From contig NC_091469.1 in assembly GCF_036971445.1 (NCBI RefSeq), positions 342,302,001 through 342,366,000 of the forward strand: 64,000 nucleotides of DNA, read 5' to 3'. Position 1 is the first letter of the stretch. Every line of letters starts with the position of its first letter. Below the pieces are notes generated by a model that saw only the letters and a list, made by a program, of their open reading frames with translations, was not told where the DNA came from and did no database searches. This DNA is from Narcine bancroftii (taxonomy: Eukaryota). Shown in pieces: positions 25,980 through 39,619 of the stretch. The translations under genes and the position numbers were made by a program.

Positions 25980-26185
25980 GACCCATGGTTCATGAAAACT
26001 GTGCCATCCAATTGCACCTGATTAACCTCTCAACCCCGTATGTTTTGGAAAGGGGGAGGAAACCAGAGGACTCAGAGATAACCCACACAGGTCACGGGAA
26101 TAACATTCAAAGTTCTTACAGACAGCAGTGGTTTTGTGCCCGGGTCACTGGCACTGTAATGTGCTAACTGCTGCAGTAACAGTGA
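25980..26185 (-). mobile_element. tRNA-derived SINE (diverged)
   Basis: ATTAACCT...CCCCGTATGTTTTGGAA...GGGAGGAAACCAGAG...CTTACAGACAGC. Confidence 0.7.
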
Positions 26186-26774
26186 CAGCAGAAAATATGG
26201 TTTTGAAGCCTGAACTGTGGTTATAATCTCAAAAATTATTGTTTTCTTCTAAATAAAGATATTTTTAGTGCTTGCAATTGAATACAGTGTATAAATCTCA
26301 ATGGTCTATGAGCACAAAATTCATCTATTGTGATCGGATTCTAAGCTGATGTCGCTCACAAAATCTCCTTGGTTACTGATAGTTGCAGTGGTGGTCAGTT
26401 GCAAAGACTCTATTCTCTGAATTAACAATTCTGGGTTTGTCCAACTCCATAAGTTTTAAGTTCGGTGCTGACGGACTGCTGCATTGTTGGACATGCAAAT
26501 ATTCAAAAGAGATATTATTCTGAAATCTTGACTGCTCTGTTCTTATATCTCAAGATCGTATTTCAAAAAAGGTCAGGGGACAAGGGAACTTTCTTTCTCC
26601 TCCATTCAACATTAATCTCTGAATTAATATCTCTTAAAAAAATATTTTTCTCGTGTTGTTTGTGGGAATGGTGGTGCAGAGATTGGTTGGTTTATATTGC
26701 AGCTGTGACTACTCGAAAAATTGTGGAATTTTTGTGAGTCATCTTTAAGTTGTGAAAGGTGCTATGTAATTTTA

Positions 26775-27235
26775 ATTTTAATTTAGAGATACAGCACAGT
26801 AATAGGCCATTCTGACCCTTAAATACAACCAGGTGATCAATTAACCTACTGATGCACCATCAATTACTCGAAAGACTGTTGTTGAGAAACCAATAGGCTT
26901 TTATTCACAAGAACAATGGCACATCCATACTGTTTGACTGTCCTGCACTGAGGAGGGGGCTGTTCCACAGCCACCTTTATACAGAAGCCTGTGGGGAGGG
27001 GCCACTTTTACGATCAGCCAATAGGTGTGTCTGACCAGATAATTATACATAATAGTGGTTTGCCACACCTACTAACCATATATCTTTGGAAATTTGGACG
27101 AAACTGGAGCACCTGGAGGAAGCACATGCAGATCACAGGAAAAACATACAAACTCCTTTAAGCCAGTGGAAGATTCATACTCAGGTCACTGGCACTGTAA
27201 TGGCATTTTGCTAAATACTACATTGACCATGCCAT
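26775..27235 (-). mobile_element. tRNA-derived SINE interrupted by a solo LTR
   Basis: SINE halves ...CAATTAACCTAC | TAACCATATATCTTTGGAA... flank the LTR. Confidence 0.8.
26850..27067 (-). mobile_element. Solo LTR of the Gypsy family at 8499-12770
   Basis: TGATGCACCATC...GTGGTTTGCCACA aligns to both LTRs; perfect 5-bp TSD CCTAC (26845-26849 and 27068-27072). Confidence 0.92.
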
Positions 27236-27489
27236 ATAAATACTCTGAATCTTTGGGAAGATTTACCTTTTATCTGGTTGGCCCCAACACAAGCTTTTAA
27301 CTTCAGGAAGATTTTCTGAGCAGGAGGCAATAGATAGAAGCCACCCAAGCTGCTCACTGACCTTTGTGACCAAAAGTCTGCGTAACAACTACTTTCTTCA
27401 CCTCCCTTGATTTAGAAGAATTGTGAATGCCGAGAACAGCTGACATGTGACTAAAGGAAGAAAAGGAAGTCTGAACTGTATTTCTGTGG

Positions 27490-28465
27490 AACATATTGCA
27501 AATGGATCCTTGACTTCCTCCTTGGAAGCTCACAGTCAGTACAAATTATAAACAATGTCTTCTCCTTACAGACTATCAACAAAGGTGCACCTCAAGGATG
27601 TGTACTTAGCCCACTGCACTCTACAACCATGACTGTATGGCCAGACACAATTCCAATACTATCTACAAATTTGCTGATGACACCACAGTTGTCAACAGGA
27701 TCAGAAACTGCAAAGAGGAAGCATACAGGAGGGAGGTAGATCAGCTCATTGGGTGGTGTCATGCCAACAAGCTTGCACTCAACATTACAAAAAAACAAGG
27801 AAATGATTGTGGACTTCAGGAGGAAGTCAGAACAACACGATCCAGTCCTTATCGAGGGCTTAGTAGTGGAGAAAGTCAAGAAATTCAAATTCCAGGCTAT
27901 CAACATCTTGAAGGATCTGTGCTGGAGTCTCCATGTCAATGCAATCATGAAGAAGGTTCTCCAATGGCTATACTTTGTGAGGTGTTTGAGGAGATTCTGA
28001 ATGTCACAGAAGACACTTGAAAAATTCTACTGGTGCATTGTGGAGAGCATCCTGGCTGGTTGCATCTCTGTCTGGCATGGAGGTGCCAACACTCAGGACA
28101 AGAAAAAACTCCAGAGGGTTGTTAACTCGATCTGCCACATCACAGGCACCAGACATCTACAGGAGGCAGTGTCTTAAGAAAATAGCCTCTCTCCTCAAGG
28201 CCCCCACCACCCAGGCCATGTCCTCTTCATTACTACCATTGGGAAAAATGTACAGGAGCCTAAAGACGAGAACTCAGCAGCACAAGGACAGCTTCTTTCC
28301 CACTGCCATCAGGTTCCTGAATAATCAATGAGCCAAAACACTGCCTAACTTTGACTTTTCATGCACTATTTTTACTTATTGTTATAAGGTGGTTTATATG
28401 GATGTTTATATATGCACTAATGATGCTGTCACAAGACAATTAATTGTTCATGACAATAAATTCGG
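27490..28465 (+). mobile_element. Rex1/Babar LINE fragment
   Basis: GAPQGCVLSPL, IYKFADDTTVV, KEMIVDFRR, KVKKFKF, SFFPTAIRFLN; AATAAA at the 3' end. Confidence 0.9.
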
Positions 28466-30559
28466 TTTCTGCACCCAGGTGAAGATCGATGGTACACTGA
28501 CAGTGAAATTTCCTTTTGAAATCAAACCCTTTGGTTTATTATTGTCAATTATTTGGCCTTATATATGTTGATTAAATAAAATATTAAAAAAAAAGAAATT
28601 GAACCTTCCCATTTATGGAGATGAAGAGCTTTGTGAAATGGGAGCTACACAAAGATATGTGAGAGATTTTGCTGTGAGATAAAAGAGCATAGGACACACT
28701 TAAAAGATTCCACATATTGTAAATCAATAGAACCTTTGGAAATTTTGTTTTGCTAAAGTTACAACATAACTACATGCTGTTTTCTGACTTCTGCTCAAGC
28801 AGAGTTGAAGAAAAATTTGAGAGCTGATGGAGGAATTCTCTATTTTGGTTCAAATGTAGAGATTATTGAGATTTTTAATCTTATTGCAGAGAGTAAGAAG
28901 ACTGTTCTCCAGCTTTAGTCAAGATTTAAAAAATACTTTTTGAATCAACCAGTAGAAAGTAAAACACTTGTGGCTGCTGAACTCATCTGTTGCTCCAGGA
29001 CACCCCTCTGCCCTGGCAGGGTTCCATTTGGTGAACCAATAATCCTGCATATACCACCTTGCAAGCAGAACAACACAATTCACATGCCCAAGCAACATTC
29101 GAATACACCCCCCGCTGTTGAAGAAAAACTTTAATCTACTCAAATGCTTAAAGAGCATTCCAGTCCATCTTACCGTTCTGAACAATGCTCCAACACAGTG
29201 CTACAATTCAAAGAGGCACACAGGAAGTTCAACTCAGGTAGTGCCCACCTGGGAAGCAACACACCACCTTATGCCCTCTCCAGTGCATTTTACCTCCTAT
29301 CAAGTGCCCAGTAATAACTATAGAGCTGATTCAGGCATTAAATTACTTTCTAGTTTCGGTCTCTGCCTTTGCTAAGCTCTCCCGCACATTTGAAATGATT
29401 CTTGCCACAGAAAAAGGAGTTACAACTGGAGTATCTGGAGAGCTAACTTCACCCCATTCATTGAGGTTTCTCATCGTCCACCTAAAAGGCATACTTTGAA
29501 TCATTACTTAAAACATTTACAAGAAAAAGCAATGCCTTATGGTTCATTTAAACAATACATGACATATGAGTTTTAGGCATGTCTTGCAATCTTTCCTACC
29601 AGTCTTGTGTGTTGTACTTTATCAAACAAAATTCAAAAAGGTGTACTCAGCTAGGTAGGTTTTAATACATTAAAAAAAAATTCTAGAACTAAAGTGGAAT
29701 CCAGAATGTGAAATTGTCTAAATGTTTTCTGCTTAATTTCCTCATTGCTGTTTCTTTCATTAATGGCAAATAATATTTGTACATTCCTAAATTAGGAGCT
29801 ACTGTAAGTGCATATGAATGTCTGAAGGAGGAGAAACAAACTGCTGAAGTGTATATATATTGTGGGATTTAATTACTAAGCAAAACATGAAGCATAGATT
29901 AATGTTGGGCCTCATGTGGGTTCAAAACTGAAGAGAAATAAAAAGAGGAAACAAAATATTAATAGTTTACAGCAGCAATTTGCAAGAAGGCAGCAGGAAG
30001 GGACACAGATGCATTTTAAGGAAGGCATGTTGTAAACCCACAAAAGAGGTTTTGGTGAAAGGATCCTTGGCCAGCTTTTTGTCAAATAGTGCAGTGTGAC
30101 TCTATGTTTGTAATACTCCAAATAAAAGCAAACAAAGAATTGTACAGGTGGATTAAATCACTCTTCGTCGTCCTAAAGTATCAAGCACAGTACAATTACA
30201 TATTGTCATCCAGGAGCCTGTTAAATTATTAATAGGTTCTTTAAATGTATTTGCAGTAACAGAATAAAAAATGGGGCTGCACTGAATTCACTCACTTTCT
30301 TGGCCCTTTAAGTGGGTTTCCCTCATGGTGTTCTCCGTTGACATCTTTGCTAATCTATCATTAATTATTCAGACCACATCATACTTTCAGTGGCTTGGTT
30401 CACTACTTGACTCGGATGGGCAATTGACCTATTGGGACTGTTAAAAGCATAAGTTGTCTGAAGCTGTATCAAATAGTAATATGCATGGGACCAAATGGAT
30501 GAAGATATTGTATACATTTTAGGTCTCATGCTGCTATTGTCTGATGTCTCCATCTGCTT

Positions 30560-31445
30560 CAAAATGACACCCATCACACTGGCTCCCAGGAAGAGCAACA
30601 TGACCTGCCTCAGTGACTACCAGCATGCCACACTTCCATCGTGATGAAGTGCTTTGAGAGGTTGGTTATAGTGCAAATCAAATTCTGTCTCAGTAAGGAC
30701 ATTTCAATTCATCTCCTGCCACCATAGGCCATCTTGCTGGCCATTTACTCTGTGTAAGACCACTTGGATCTCAAGATCTCCTACTTTGTACTTTTATTCA
30801 TTGACTACAGCTTGGAGTTTAGCATCACTGTATCAGCAAAACAACAATTTAAACAGGGATCTGGGATATTATTTTTCCCTTATCAACTGGATCCTTGGTT
30901 TGCTCACTAGCTTGGAATCTCGAATATCCAAAAGGCTGCAGGAAGTGACAAGCTTAGCCATGTCCTTAGTGGATACTGACCTCCTGTCCTCTCAAGATGT
31001 CTATATGCATCGCTGCATCAAGAAGGCAGCCAATGTCATAAAGGATCCCTATCACCCTGGTCATGCTCCTCACTCACTGCTACCTCATGCAAATTGTATA
31101 GAAGCCTGAAGTCCATCACCTCTAATTTTAAGAACAGGTTTTACTCAACAGTCATCAGGGTGTTGAACTTCCCGCTACTACCCAAACCATCACATGTCTC
31201 CAAGACCACCAAAGATCTAGCTGCATGATTGAAGCTATGTGTTTTGCACTACTGCAACTGTGAATATTTATTCATTTATATTTTAATATTTATTATCCTT
31301 TCCCCCTTGCAGTGTATTGTGATAATTTAATTTATACTTGCTGTTTGTTTGCATGTTTTATGCACCTGAGTAGCTGCAACAAGAAATATTTAATTGCATC
31401 AAATATTGTACATATGTATTTGACAATAAACTATCATTGTCAACA
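30560..31445 (+). mobile_element. Rex1/Babar LINE, internally deleted fragment
   Basis: GTGATGAAGTGCTTTGAGAGGTTGG (VMKCFERL), FIDYS, RCIKKAANVIKDPYHPGH; GACAATAAA 3' end. Confidence 0.8.
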
Positions 31446-33296
31446 TCAACTAAATTGGTAAGCCAAGGGCCATAAGGTATCCTGGAGAGAAATGAAGATC
31501 CCTGTTCCCATCAAGATAAGCAGAAAGCTGGGTTATAAGCCATTCTCACCAGAATTCTATCCCAGTTGTGTTTAGCAGGACCACATGTGCAAAGGTGGCA
31601 TGTTTATTTTGAAGGTAGGACACAAGATTTCTTGGATGACAATCCTACATTGACTGTATATCTCAACAGAAACTAGTCCTGACTATGAACTGTTAAACCT
31701 GATAGAAGTAACTTTTAAAGGGAAATAGTATTTATTGGAGAGATTGAGATAGAAATGACAATAAATCAATACAAATTATTAACCATTGAGCACTCAGAGA
31801 AGTTGATACATCAAGACCAGAAGGCACCCCTACACTCCACCCATCTCTCTCCCCACCCCCTTCTCCCTCATCCAGGAACAAGGCAGTTAAATCCCATCCT
31901 CAATGAATGCTAGCTGCAGAAATGACGCTCATTGAATAGATCAGTACAGTTATACTACTCCTTCATATCTGGCTGCAAATATGGATGAACTGTACCATCA
32001 GAAGAATATACATATTTTGCTCATGCTTCTCGTGGAGTCATTAATCAGAGCTTAAAGTCAAGTTCAATGCTGTTAGCAATCTTCAGATCACATGGAACCA
32101 TTTTTATTTTCATTGCGCTTTATCTGCTCAGTGGCAGGGGCAACCTGAGACCAGCAAATAATAGGTGTACACTCAGGCATGGAAGCTTCAAATATAATGT
32201 ATGTCACCAATATAGCTTGTGACTTTGATCTCCCAAGAACCCCTCACCAATGCATTTGTTTAACTCATAATAATACAACTCCTGTAATGAATGCAATCAA
32301 GTAATATAGATATCAAATGAGTATTAATTCGCTATATGTCAACTTGATGTGAAAGTCCAGTTATTTAACATCCAAGAAAGGTGTTATGACAGTGAATTGA
32401 AACCAATTTCTATAATGTTACAGATGCGCTGAATGACATTTCAGTAAGTTAACAGATTTAATCAGTTATAACCATTCAGTATTTGGTTATATAAGGCTGA
32501 AAACATTTTAATATGTTTAAAATTTCTGAAATGATACAATTGATAAATTGGGGAACAACTGGGGAGTATTGCCAATGTGCAGTTATATATTTTGCAGACT
32601 GTGAGCAGTGTTTCATCACCTCTCGGAAGTGGCTATGTAATCTTCTCATTTTCTGTACTTTGCAAGTACTTCTAAATTTCATGCATCAATGTTTAGCCAA
32701 GTTACACAATGCACGTGACTCATTAATTCATTGAGATCCCTCTGGTTTTGCAGTGTGTGTTCAAACTATTTGGCTGCATTTTGCTTCTTTATCCTGCATG
32801 AAATCCAATGGGCAAGCAGCAATTTGGGCAGTTTAGCATTTTGCCACCATTGGGTCAATCGTTGATTTCCCTCACCCTGACCCCACCAGCACCTGCATTT
32901 TTTGTGCATGTATGAAAATTGCAGTTGGGGTGAAACCCAAGTCCAAGGTGAATTAGTTTTCTGCCTCACAGAAGGTGAAGATAAACTGGCTCCAAAGTCT
33001 TTGATAAGGAAGAAGTGTATTAGAGAGTGCATTCTGACTTTTACGTGTAAGCCATATCCATACTCCTTCTGAGTTTTGATCTCTGTTTTTGCTAGAATTT
33101 CCTGTACATCTGAAATGATCCTTAGCATGGAGAATTAAGTTGCAACTGAACTATCTTTGGAGAGGTAGTCTGCAGTTAACGTTCATTGAACCTGCATTAG
33201 GTCCACCTAAAAGAAAATATTTAAATAATTACATGCAACAACATCATGAACAAGCAACACAGTGTGATTTACTTAAACAATGAAGGACCCGAGCTA

Positions 33297-33545
33297 GGGT
33301 GGCACGGTTGGTGTAGCGGTTAGCGCAATGCCATTACAGCGGCAACAATTGGGACTGGAATTCGAATCCTGCACTCTCTATAAAGATCTTGTACATTCTC
33401 CATGTGTCTGCATGGGTTTTCCCCGGGGACTTCAGTTTCCTCCCACCCTTTTTAAGCGTACTGGGGGTTGTAGGTTAATTGGGAAGCATGGGCTCATGGG
33501 CTGAAATGGCCTGTTACCGTGCTGCATGTCTAAATTAAAAAAATA
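33297..33545 (+). mobile_element. tRNA-derived SINE, best-preserved copy
   Basis: A box TGGTGTAGCGG, B box GAATTCGAATCC, full body, A-rich tail. Confidence 0.9.
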
Positions 33546-34039
33546 ATTAAAAAAAATTGAATCTAAATTTCAATTTAAAATAAATTTAATGTCTCCTTTC
33601 AGCCCTGCTGCATTGTATTTAATCAAACAGCATTGAAAAGGTGTAATTACACCTTTGTGATTTTTCAAGAACTCTCCTTACATTTCCACAAGTTACAGCT
33701 AATTGAATGATCTATTCCTGCTGGGCAAAAATGCATTTTTATTTTTTTACTCTACAAAGAGTTGAATCAAGAACAATTTGACTGTTGATTTCAGTTCACA
33801 GATTTCACTTCAGCTGCAAACTTTGGAAACATAACAATTAAAGGCAGCTGCTACCATTTTGCAACTTTATATTCTTAGCACAAATCCACTCAAGAATTCT
33901 TATGCTCCATTTGTTCAATCAAAGTTTAATTGTCCCTCTGGAAATCAGGCTGTGTAGGTAGTTTGAATAGTTAATATTCTACTTCAGCTTTTCAAGTGGG
34001 TATATTTCCTTTCATGCAATGGCCCATAGTGTTTTAATA

Positions 34040-35095
34040 ACGTCCAATAATCTGGCCGCATCGTGGGGCCCTTTCGTTCTTTCTGGAACAAACATCCAAC
34101 CAATTCCCCTTTCATTTACCTGGCAGAACTTGTTGGTAACTTCAACAACTTCTCTTTCAATTCCTCCTACCTTCCTCAGATCAAAGTGAAGACATGGGGT
34201 ATTGTATGGCCCAAGCTATACTGGTCTTTTTGCTTACTTTGTGAAATAGTACTTGTTCCAAACCTACTCTGGCACCCTCCCGAACTCATTTTCTCCAACA
34301 TCAACTACATTAACACTGTTTCCTGCATTAGTGCAGAATTTGTCCACTTTGTCACTTTTGTCATCAACTTCCACACAGCTCTTATCTGCATTATCTGCCA
34401 TGTATCTTCCTTTTCTGGTTATCTCTGTCTCCATCGCAGACTTGCTATTATGAATCCACCACCTCTCCAACTACCTCAACTATTCCAAATCTGCCCCATG
34501 CAAGGATGCTATCCCTTTCTCTCAGTTTCTCCTTCTCTACTGCATCTAGTCTGAAGAAGAATCTTTCAGCTCCAGGAGCTTTTTTTTGGAAATGTTCCTT
34601 CCCTTCTTCATATGGGCCTCAAGCATTTTTCCTCCACATCTCACATGTATGCTCTCACTATCCTTCCCCCACTTCCCAGAAAAAATAGAGATCGCTCCTC
34701 ACCTTCCAGCCCACTAACTTCCATGCCTAACTTCCTCCTTCACCATTTCTAACAGCTCCAAAATGACCCTGCCACAAGCCACATCTCTCTTGTCCATCTC
34801 TTTCTGCTTTCTGCAGGGACCACTCTCTCCCTTGTCCTCTTACCTCTTCCCCACCAAACCCCTCCCTATCTTCTGGCACTTTCTTCAGCAACATCCAGGC
34901 ACTGAAGCAGGGATTCGCGTGCACCTTCATTATCCCAGTGTACTGCATTCACTGCTTATGATCTGATCTATTCTACATCTTTGTAGTCGAGGTGATGGCT
35001 TTGCAGAACACCTATACTCTATCTGTAATGGCCACCTGGAGCTTCCTGTTGCATTTCAACTCCTGTTCCCATTTCCATGCCAACCTGTTTTTCTT
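34040..35095 (+). mobile_element. Penelope-like element RT and GIY-YIG relic
   Basis: IYLAELVGNFNNFSFNSSYLPQIK, FQTYSGT, VYCIHC-like endonuclease relic; heavily decayed. Confidence 0.75.
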
Positions 35096-36249
35096 CAGTG
35101 CCAATTTATTGAATGAACCATATAGTTGTTATTTATTCCTCATCATCCTCAATTTATAAATATCCTTTTTATTGGTTAGACTAAATGGTTACAATCAGCC
35201 CAAGAATTTTGGGTGCATTGAGTAACTTACACAAAAGTTATGAGCCCACTGTCCACAATCATTGTGGACACTGCATATGTGGAATTCCACCTGGTGCAAG
35301 GTCTCAGATAATTTAATCCAATGTTCCAAATGTGGCTGGCTGTCAGCAGTGAGCCATCAATTAAAGTAACTCTGTTTAACTGATACACTTGATACTCCGT
35401 TTGAAACATATCAGCTATTCAATGGAACTACTGCTTATGTTTAATTATCTTTAAAGCAAACCCCAAGACAACTATGTGATACAGAGACTGCACTTTCCTT
35501 CTTTAGGGACACACCACACTTGAGTCCAGAAAATTTATTGATGAAAGATAATGATAATTTAGTTAATTCAGTAACAAGTGCTGTGAACAGACTTTCACAT
35601 TACTATTAAGTCAAAAGATATTGAAACAGTTAAAACAAAATATTCATTCACTCTCTGAAACTTCAATTGCAGGGGAACATGGATTAGAGAGAGAGGGATG
35701 CAATGGGACAGAGCAAATGACCTTCATCCTTCCACACGTTGAGGTACATTTCACGATCAGTGTCCACAATATTAAGTATGCTGGCGTCACACAAGGTAAG
35801 ACACCAATTTCAACATATATAAAAAAGCACACTCTCATTTGATGAAACTTCACACTGCAAATGCAGCTGTGAAAATTACATGATGCCAGTCTTGAAAATG
35901 TCAAGCAACACTTAATGGAACAGAATGGTTAAAGGAGGTGTAATTAAACTGTTCATAAATTAGGTGTTACTTTCAAATTCTGTGAGACCTCCCCCCTTAG
36001 CACCACAATTAAACAGGCATCTTTGGCTTTCCAAGAAGGTGAACTTCAAATTCTCATCATGCCTTGGGATACTTTTAATTGACTGGGTTAAATTTGAAAA
36101 TTATCTCCTAGCTACCCTAATGAGAGTAAAGAATCATTGATTTTGAAATTCTGCTGCATGAAGCTAAATGTGGCCTAAGACATTTCTGTATTTTTCAGTG
36201 AAAACATTGGTATGTGGCCCTTTATTGATTTTTTTTTAACTGAGTATGT

Positions 36250-36470
36250 GATTGCTGAATGGTGTGAAGCCAAGGACAGACATGCCTGTATATTGCACGA
36301 TGCAAAGAATTGAAATTGTTGGCGACTGGAAGTTAAAGCTTAGACTCACAGACACAGTGCAGGTGTTTGATGAACTGCCCCTCAATTTGTGTTCAATCTC
36401 ATCAATGAAGAGGAATGTAGGTCCTCGGTCTGCCCTCATCTATTGTCAGGGTGAGTATAAACATTAACTT
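36250..36470 (-). mobile_element. Penelope-like endonuclease fragment
   Basis: Minus-strand GPTFLFIDEIEHKLRG...FNFQSPTISILCIVQ resembles the PLE GIY-YIG region; very diverged. Confidence 0.5.
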
Positions 36471-36764
36471 GAGGATCAACATATCAATCATAATTCTCCC
36501 AGATAGCTAGAAGCCTAATGACATGATAGAGAATTTACTTGTTTTAGGCAGACCCTGTCTCTATCTGGTTCCATAGCGCAGTTTTCTTTATACAATAGTC
36601 AAGTTATTTTTCCAGATTTTCTTTATTAGCTTCCCAATTAAAGGACATAATTTTACCCAATTAAAAATCCTTTATAATTTAAAAATTGGGATTAAATATA
36701 TTTGAGTGGAGACAACCCTAGATTCTAATTTCATTACTCATTACTAGAGCTATAGGTAGGGGCA

Positions 36765-37092
36765 TAGGTGCCACAAGACTCACACCACCAAGTTCAGGAA
36801 CAGCTGCTACCCCTCCACTATCAGAGTCCTCTACAATAAACTCAATCAGGGACTCATTGAAGGACCCTTTCTTGTGCATTTTATTGTTTTTCTTTGTTTT
36901 CTCTGTATTGCACAGTCAGTTTGTTTGCATTTGTTATCTGTTTACAGTTCTTTTGATTGTTTACATGTTCACACTGTGCGCAGTTGAATTTTGGCACTAC
37001 CAATTATTCTGCCATGCCCGCAGGAAAAAGGAATCTCAGAGTCATATGTGGTGTCATGTATGTACTCTGACAATAAATGTGAAATCTGAAAT
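36765..37092 (+). mobile_element. Rex1/Babar LINE, extreme 3' end (subfamily A)
   Basis: CCACCAAGTTCAGGAACAGCTGCTACCCCTCC...CTCTGACAATAAATGTGAAATCTGAA; matches the 3' ends at 46.5-46.8 kb and 54.0-54.3 kb. Confidence 0.88.
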
Positions 37093-39164
37093 CAGTACTA
37101 TATTTTCTCTTTCCTGAAATTAACAGTTCCAATCTGCTGCATGGTTCCTGGTGGCTTCAGTAGTCTTCTATAATGGGGAGCTCAAGATATTATGAAGTAC
37201 CTCATGCATGTGTTATCTTTTGGTATAATCTCTTTGCCATTGGATTTTATGCATCTGATTCTAATATCTTTGTGGCATTATTGTGGAATAAAAAGAACTT
37301 GAAGAGGTGGAATTTAATGGGACAGATATCCCACTGGCCAGTGTGCTACCGTTAATTGGTAGCCCATCCTTCCAGCTCATTCGTGAGCCCCAGAGTGGTG
37401 GAGTCTATCAGAAGTCTCATTGAAAACAAGTGGTTGACCTCAAAAGGCCTTAATGGCTACTGACACCCCACCTCCTTTTGATTTGTTTTCAAAACCTTTA
37501 TTTAAATTGAATGTTTGTGAACGACTCAATTTATAATCTCTAAAAGCACGTGGGAACTATTAAAATGTAAATATAATTTAAAAGTAAAAAATAATTAAAT
37601 GAACTTAAATATTTCACGTTTTTAAATACCTTTAAACTAATTGAGTGAATGTTAAATCTCCTGGTAGCTTTTCTTTTCCATTCGATGGAGCTGCTGTACT
37701 TGCTTTTGATGGACAGCATGGACTCCCTAAGTCAATAATTCACATTTCTGTGCTTTATCTCTCCATGACTGTATGCATTTAAATGCAAGATTATGGATTT
37801 GAAACATTAATTTGTTTCATGTTCCACAAATGCTACCTGATCTATTATTTCAGATTCCCAGAATGGCCTCCAAAGGAGAGAAAATTGAGCTAGTGTTAGT
37901 TCTCAGAGAGGTACATCACACTCCTGTACTGCATTCCAAAATTATACTTTCTGAAAGTAATCTATTTTGTTTGCATTTCTGTATTTCAAAATTGTTTTAC
38001 ATCCTGAAATCTAATGCCTTCCAAAGGAAACAGGAATTGTTGGCATGAATGCCTGCAATGACTGATAACATATTTTGTATTTGAATAATTCAGTACTAGC
38101 TGCTACCACCAATTCTCAAAGGAGGGTATACCATATACTGACCATTCACTGAAATATTTCTTTCTGCAGCCCCGTTTCAAGTATATCAAGATGAAATGGT
38201 CATCCATCCTTGATTCAAATGTCAAAAAGGACTGCCAATTATATTGCTGTCTGGATTGCCCTTGAGACATTAAGACAAAATTGTTCAGTTGTATGGGAGC
38301 AAAGGCAATACAGCATGGCTGTAAACATGGGAAACTGTAGGGAATGAAATGAAAAATGCATGCATATGTTCTGCTGTACCAGATGGTTGTAGGGTTTCAT
38401 TGGATGTCTTATTGTCACATTAGCTTATTGTTGACTGATAGGCAGCCTGTATCAGGAAGTAGAGAGAGGACATTAGTAGCGACTGACCTAATTGTTTGCT
38501 CAGTTGCACTGAACTATTTTGCATAAGTGACCAAGAAAAAAGAGCAAATATCGTTATCAGGAAACACTCATTTCAGGCTATATTATTTTTGTTGTTAAAT
38601 TATTAAAATGCATTCTTGCATCACATGGAAATTAGATATTTATTTGCTTTTATGGAAAATAAAATTATATGTACCACGACTAAAATATTAAAGTTACTGT
38701 TGTTTAAATAATTGTATGAATTCCTTGGCAGTCCAAAGACAATTATCCCTTTAGGGGGCTTTGTCAATTGTTTTTGAAATACTGTCTAGCATTTGCATCA
38801 GTCTCCAGCAAAGTTTAAGTATAGTCTCCAAAAATGAAATGTACTGGGGTCTCGAGAGGACATAGATTTGCATTGTTACTGTTTGGTCACTAACAGTGCT
38901 TCGTATGTTAAAGAGAGACCATTTAGAGCAGAATACTGTTCACAGCACCTCTTGTAAATTAATGTTGCCAAATAGATGTTCCACAAGTCAGGTTAAAATC
39001 TTCTAGCTGAAAGTCTAAACATTCAGAGCCAAAATAAAGGAAACCAAAACAAGTCTTTGATGCTCATGTAATGAGAAATTCAACGTGTGAAATAGGTCAT
39101 GATTTGTTGTTGTGCCTTCAAAGGGCAATCCCAGTCTCAACTCCAGCTGCCTCCTCCCTGTGAC

Positions 39165-39515
39165 TGGCACAGCGCATATTGGTGTAATTACTAGAGCTAT
39201 TGCCTGACAGCTTCCATGACCACCATTCAATCCTGACTGACCTCATGGTCTCTGTGTGGAGGCAGCATTTCTCCCAGCCACTGTGGATTTTCCCTTGATG
39301 ATCTAGTTTCCTTTCACATCCCAAGTTATGCTGGTCCGCAGTTAATTGACAGCTGTAAATTGCCCCCAGTGTATAGGTTAGTGGCTGAAAGTTGAGGGGA
39401 ATTGTTTGGAATGTGAGGAGAAAATGTTACAGGGAAAATTAATGGGGGAATTGTATTTCTCTGTGAGCTGCCATTGACTAGATGGGGCAAAATTGGTTTG
39501 TTCTATGTTGTAAAG
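39165..39515 (+). mobile_element. Older V-SINE/HE1-like SINE
   Basis: tRNA-like head, V-domain-like GTTTCCTTTCACATCCCAAG...GTTAATTG...TGTAAATTGCCCC, CR1-like tail. Confidence 0.65.
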
Positions 39516-39619
39516 AAACAAATGTCTTGCAGTTTCCCTTTCACTCCACCACACGATTAAAAAAAATCACTACAAATGGAGCACAATAATACTGATTTAA
39601 TTTAAATTTTAAAATGTAA

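Noticed and set aside
33297-33375. tRNA gene (also at 55-120)
   Set aside because: A and B boxes run straight into a SINE body; no complete cloverleaf or Pol III terminator
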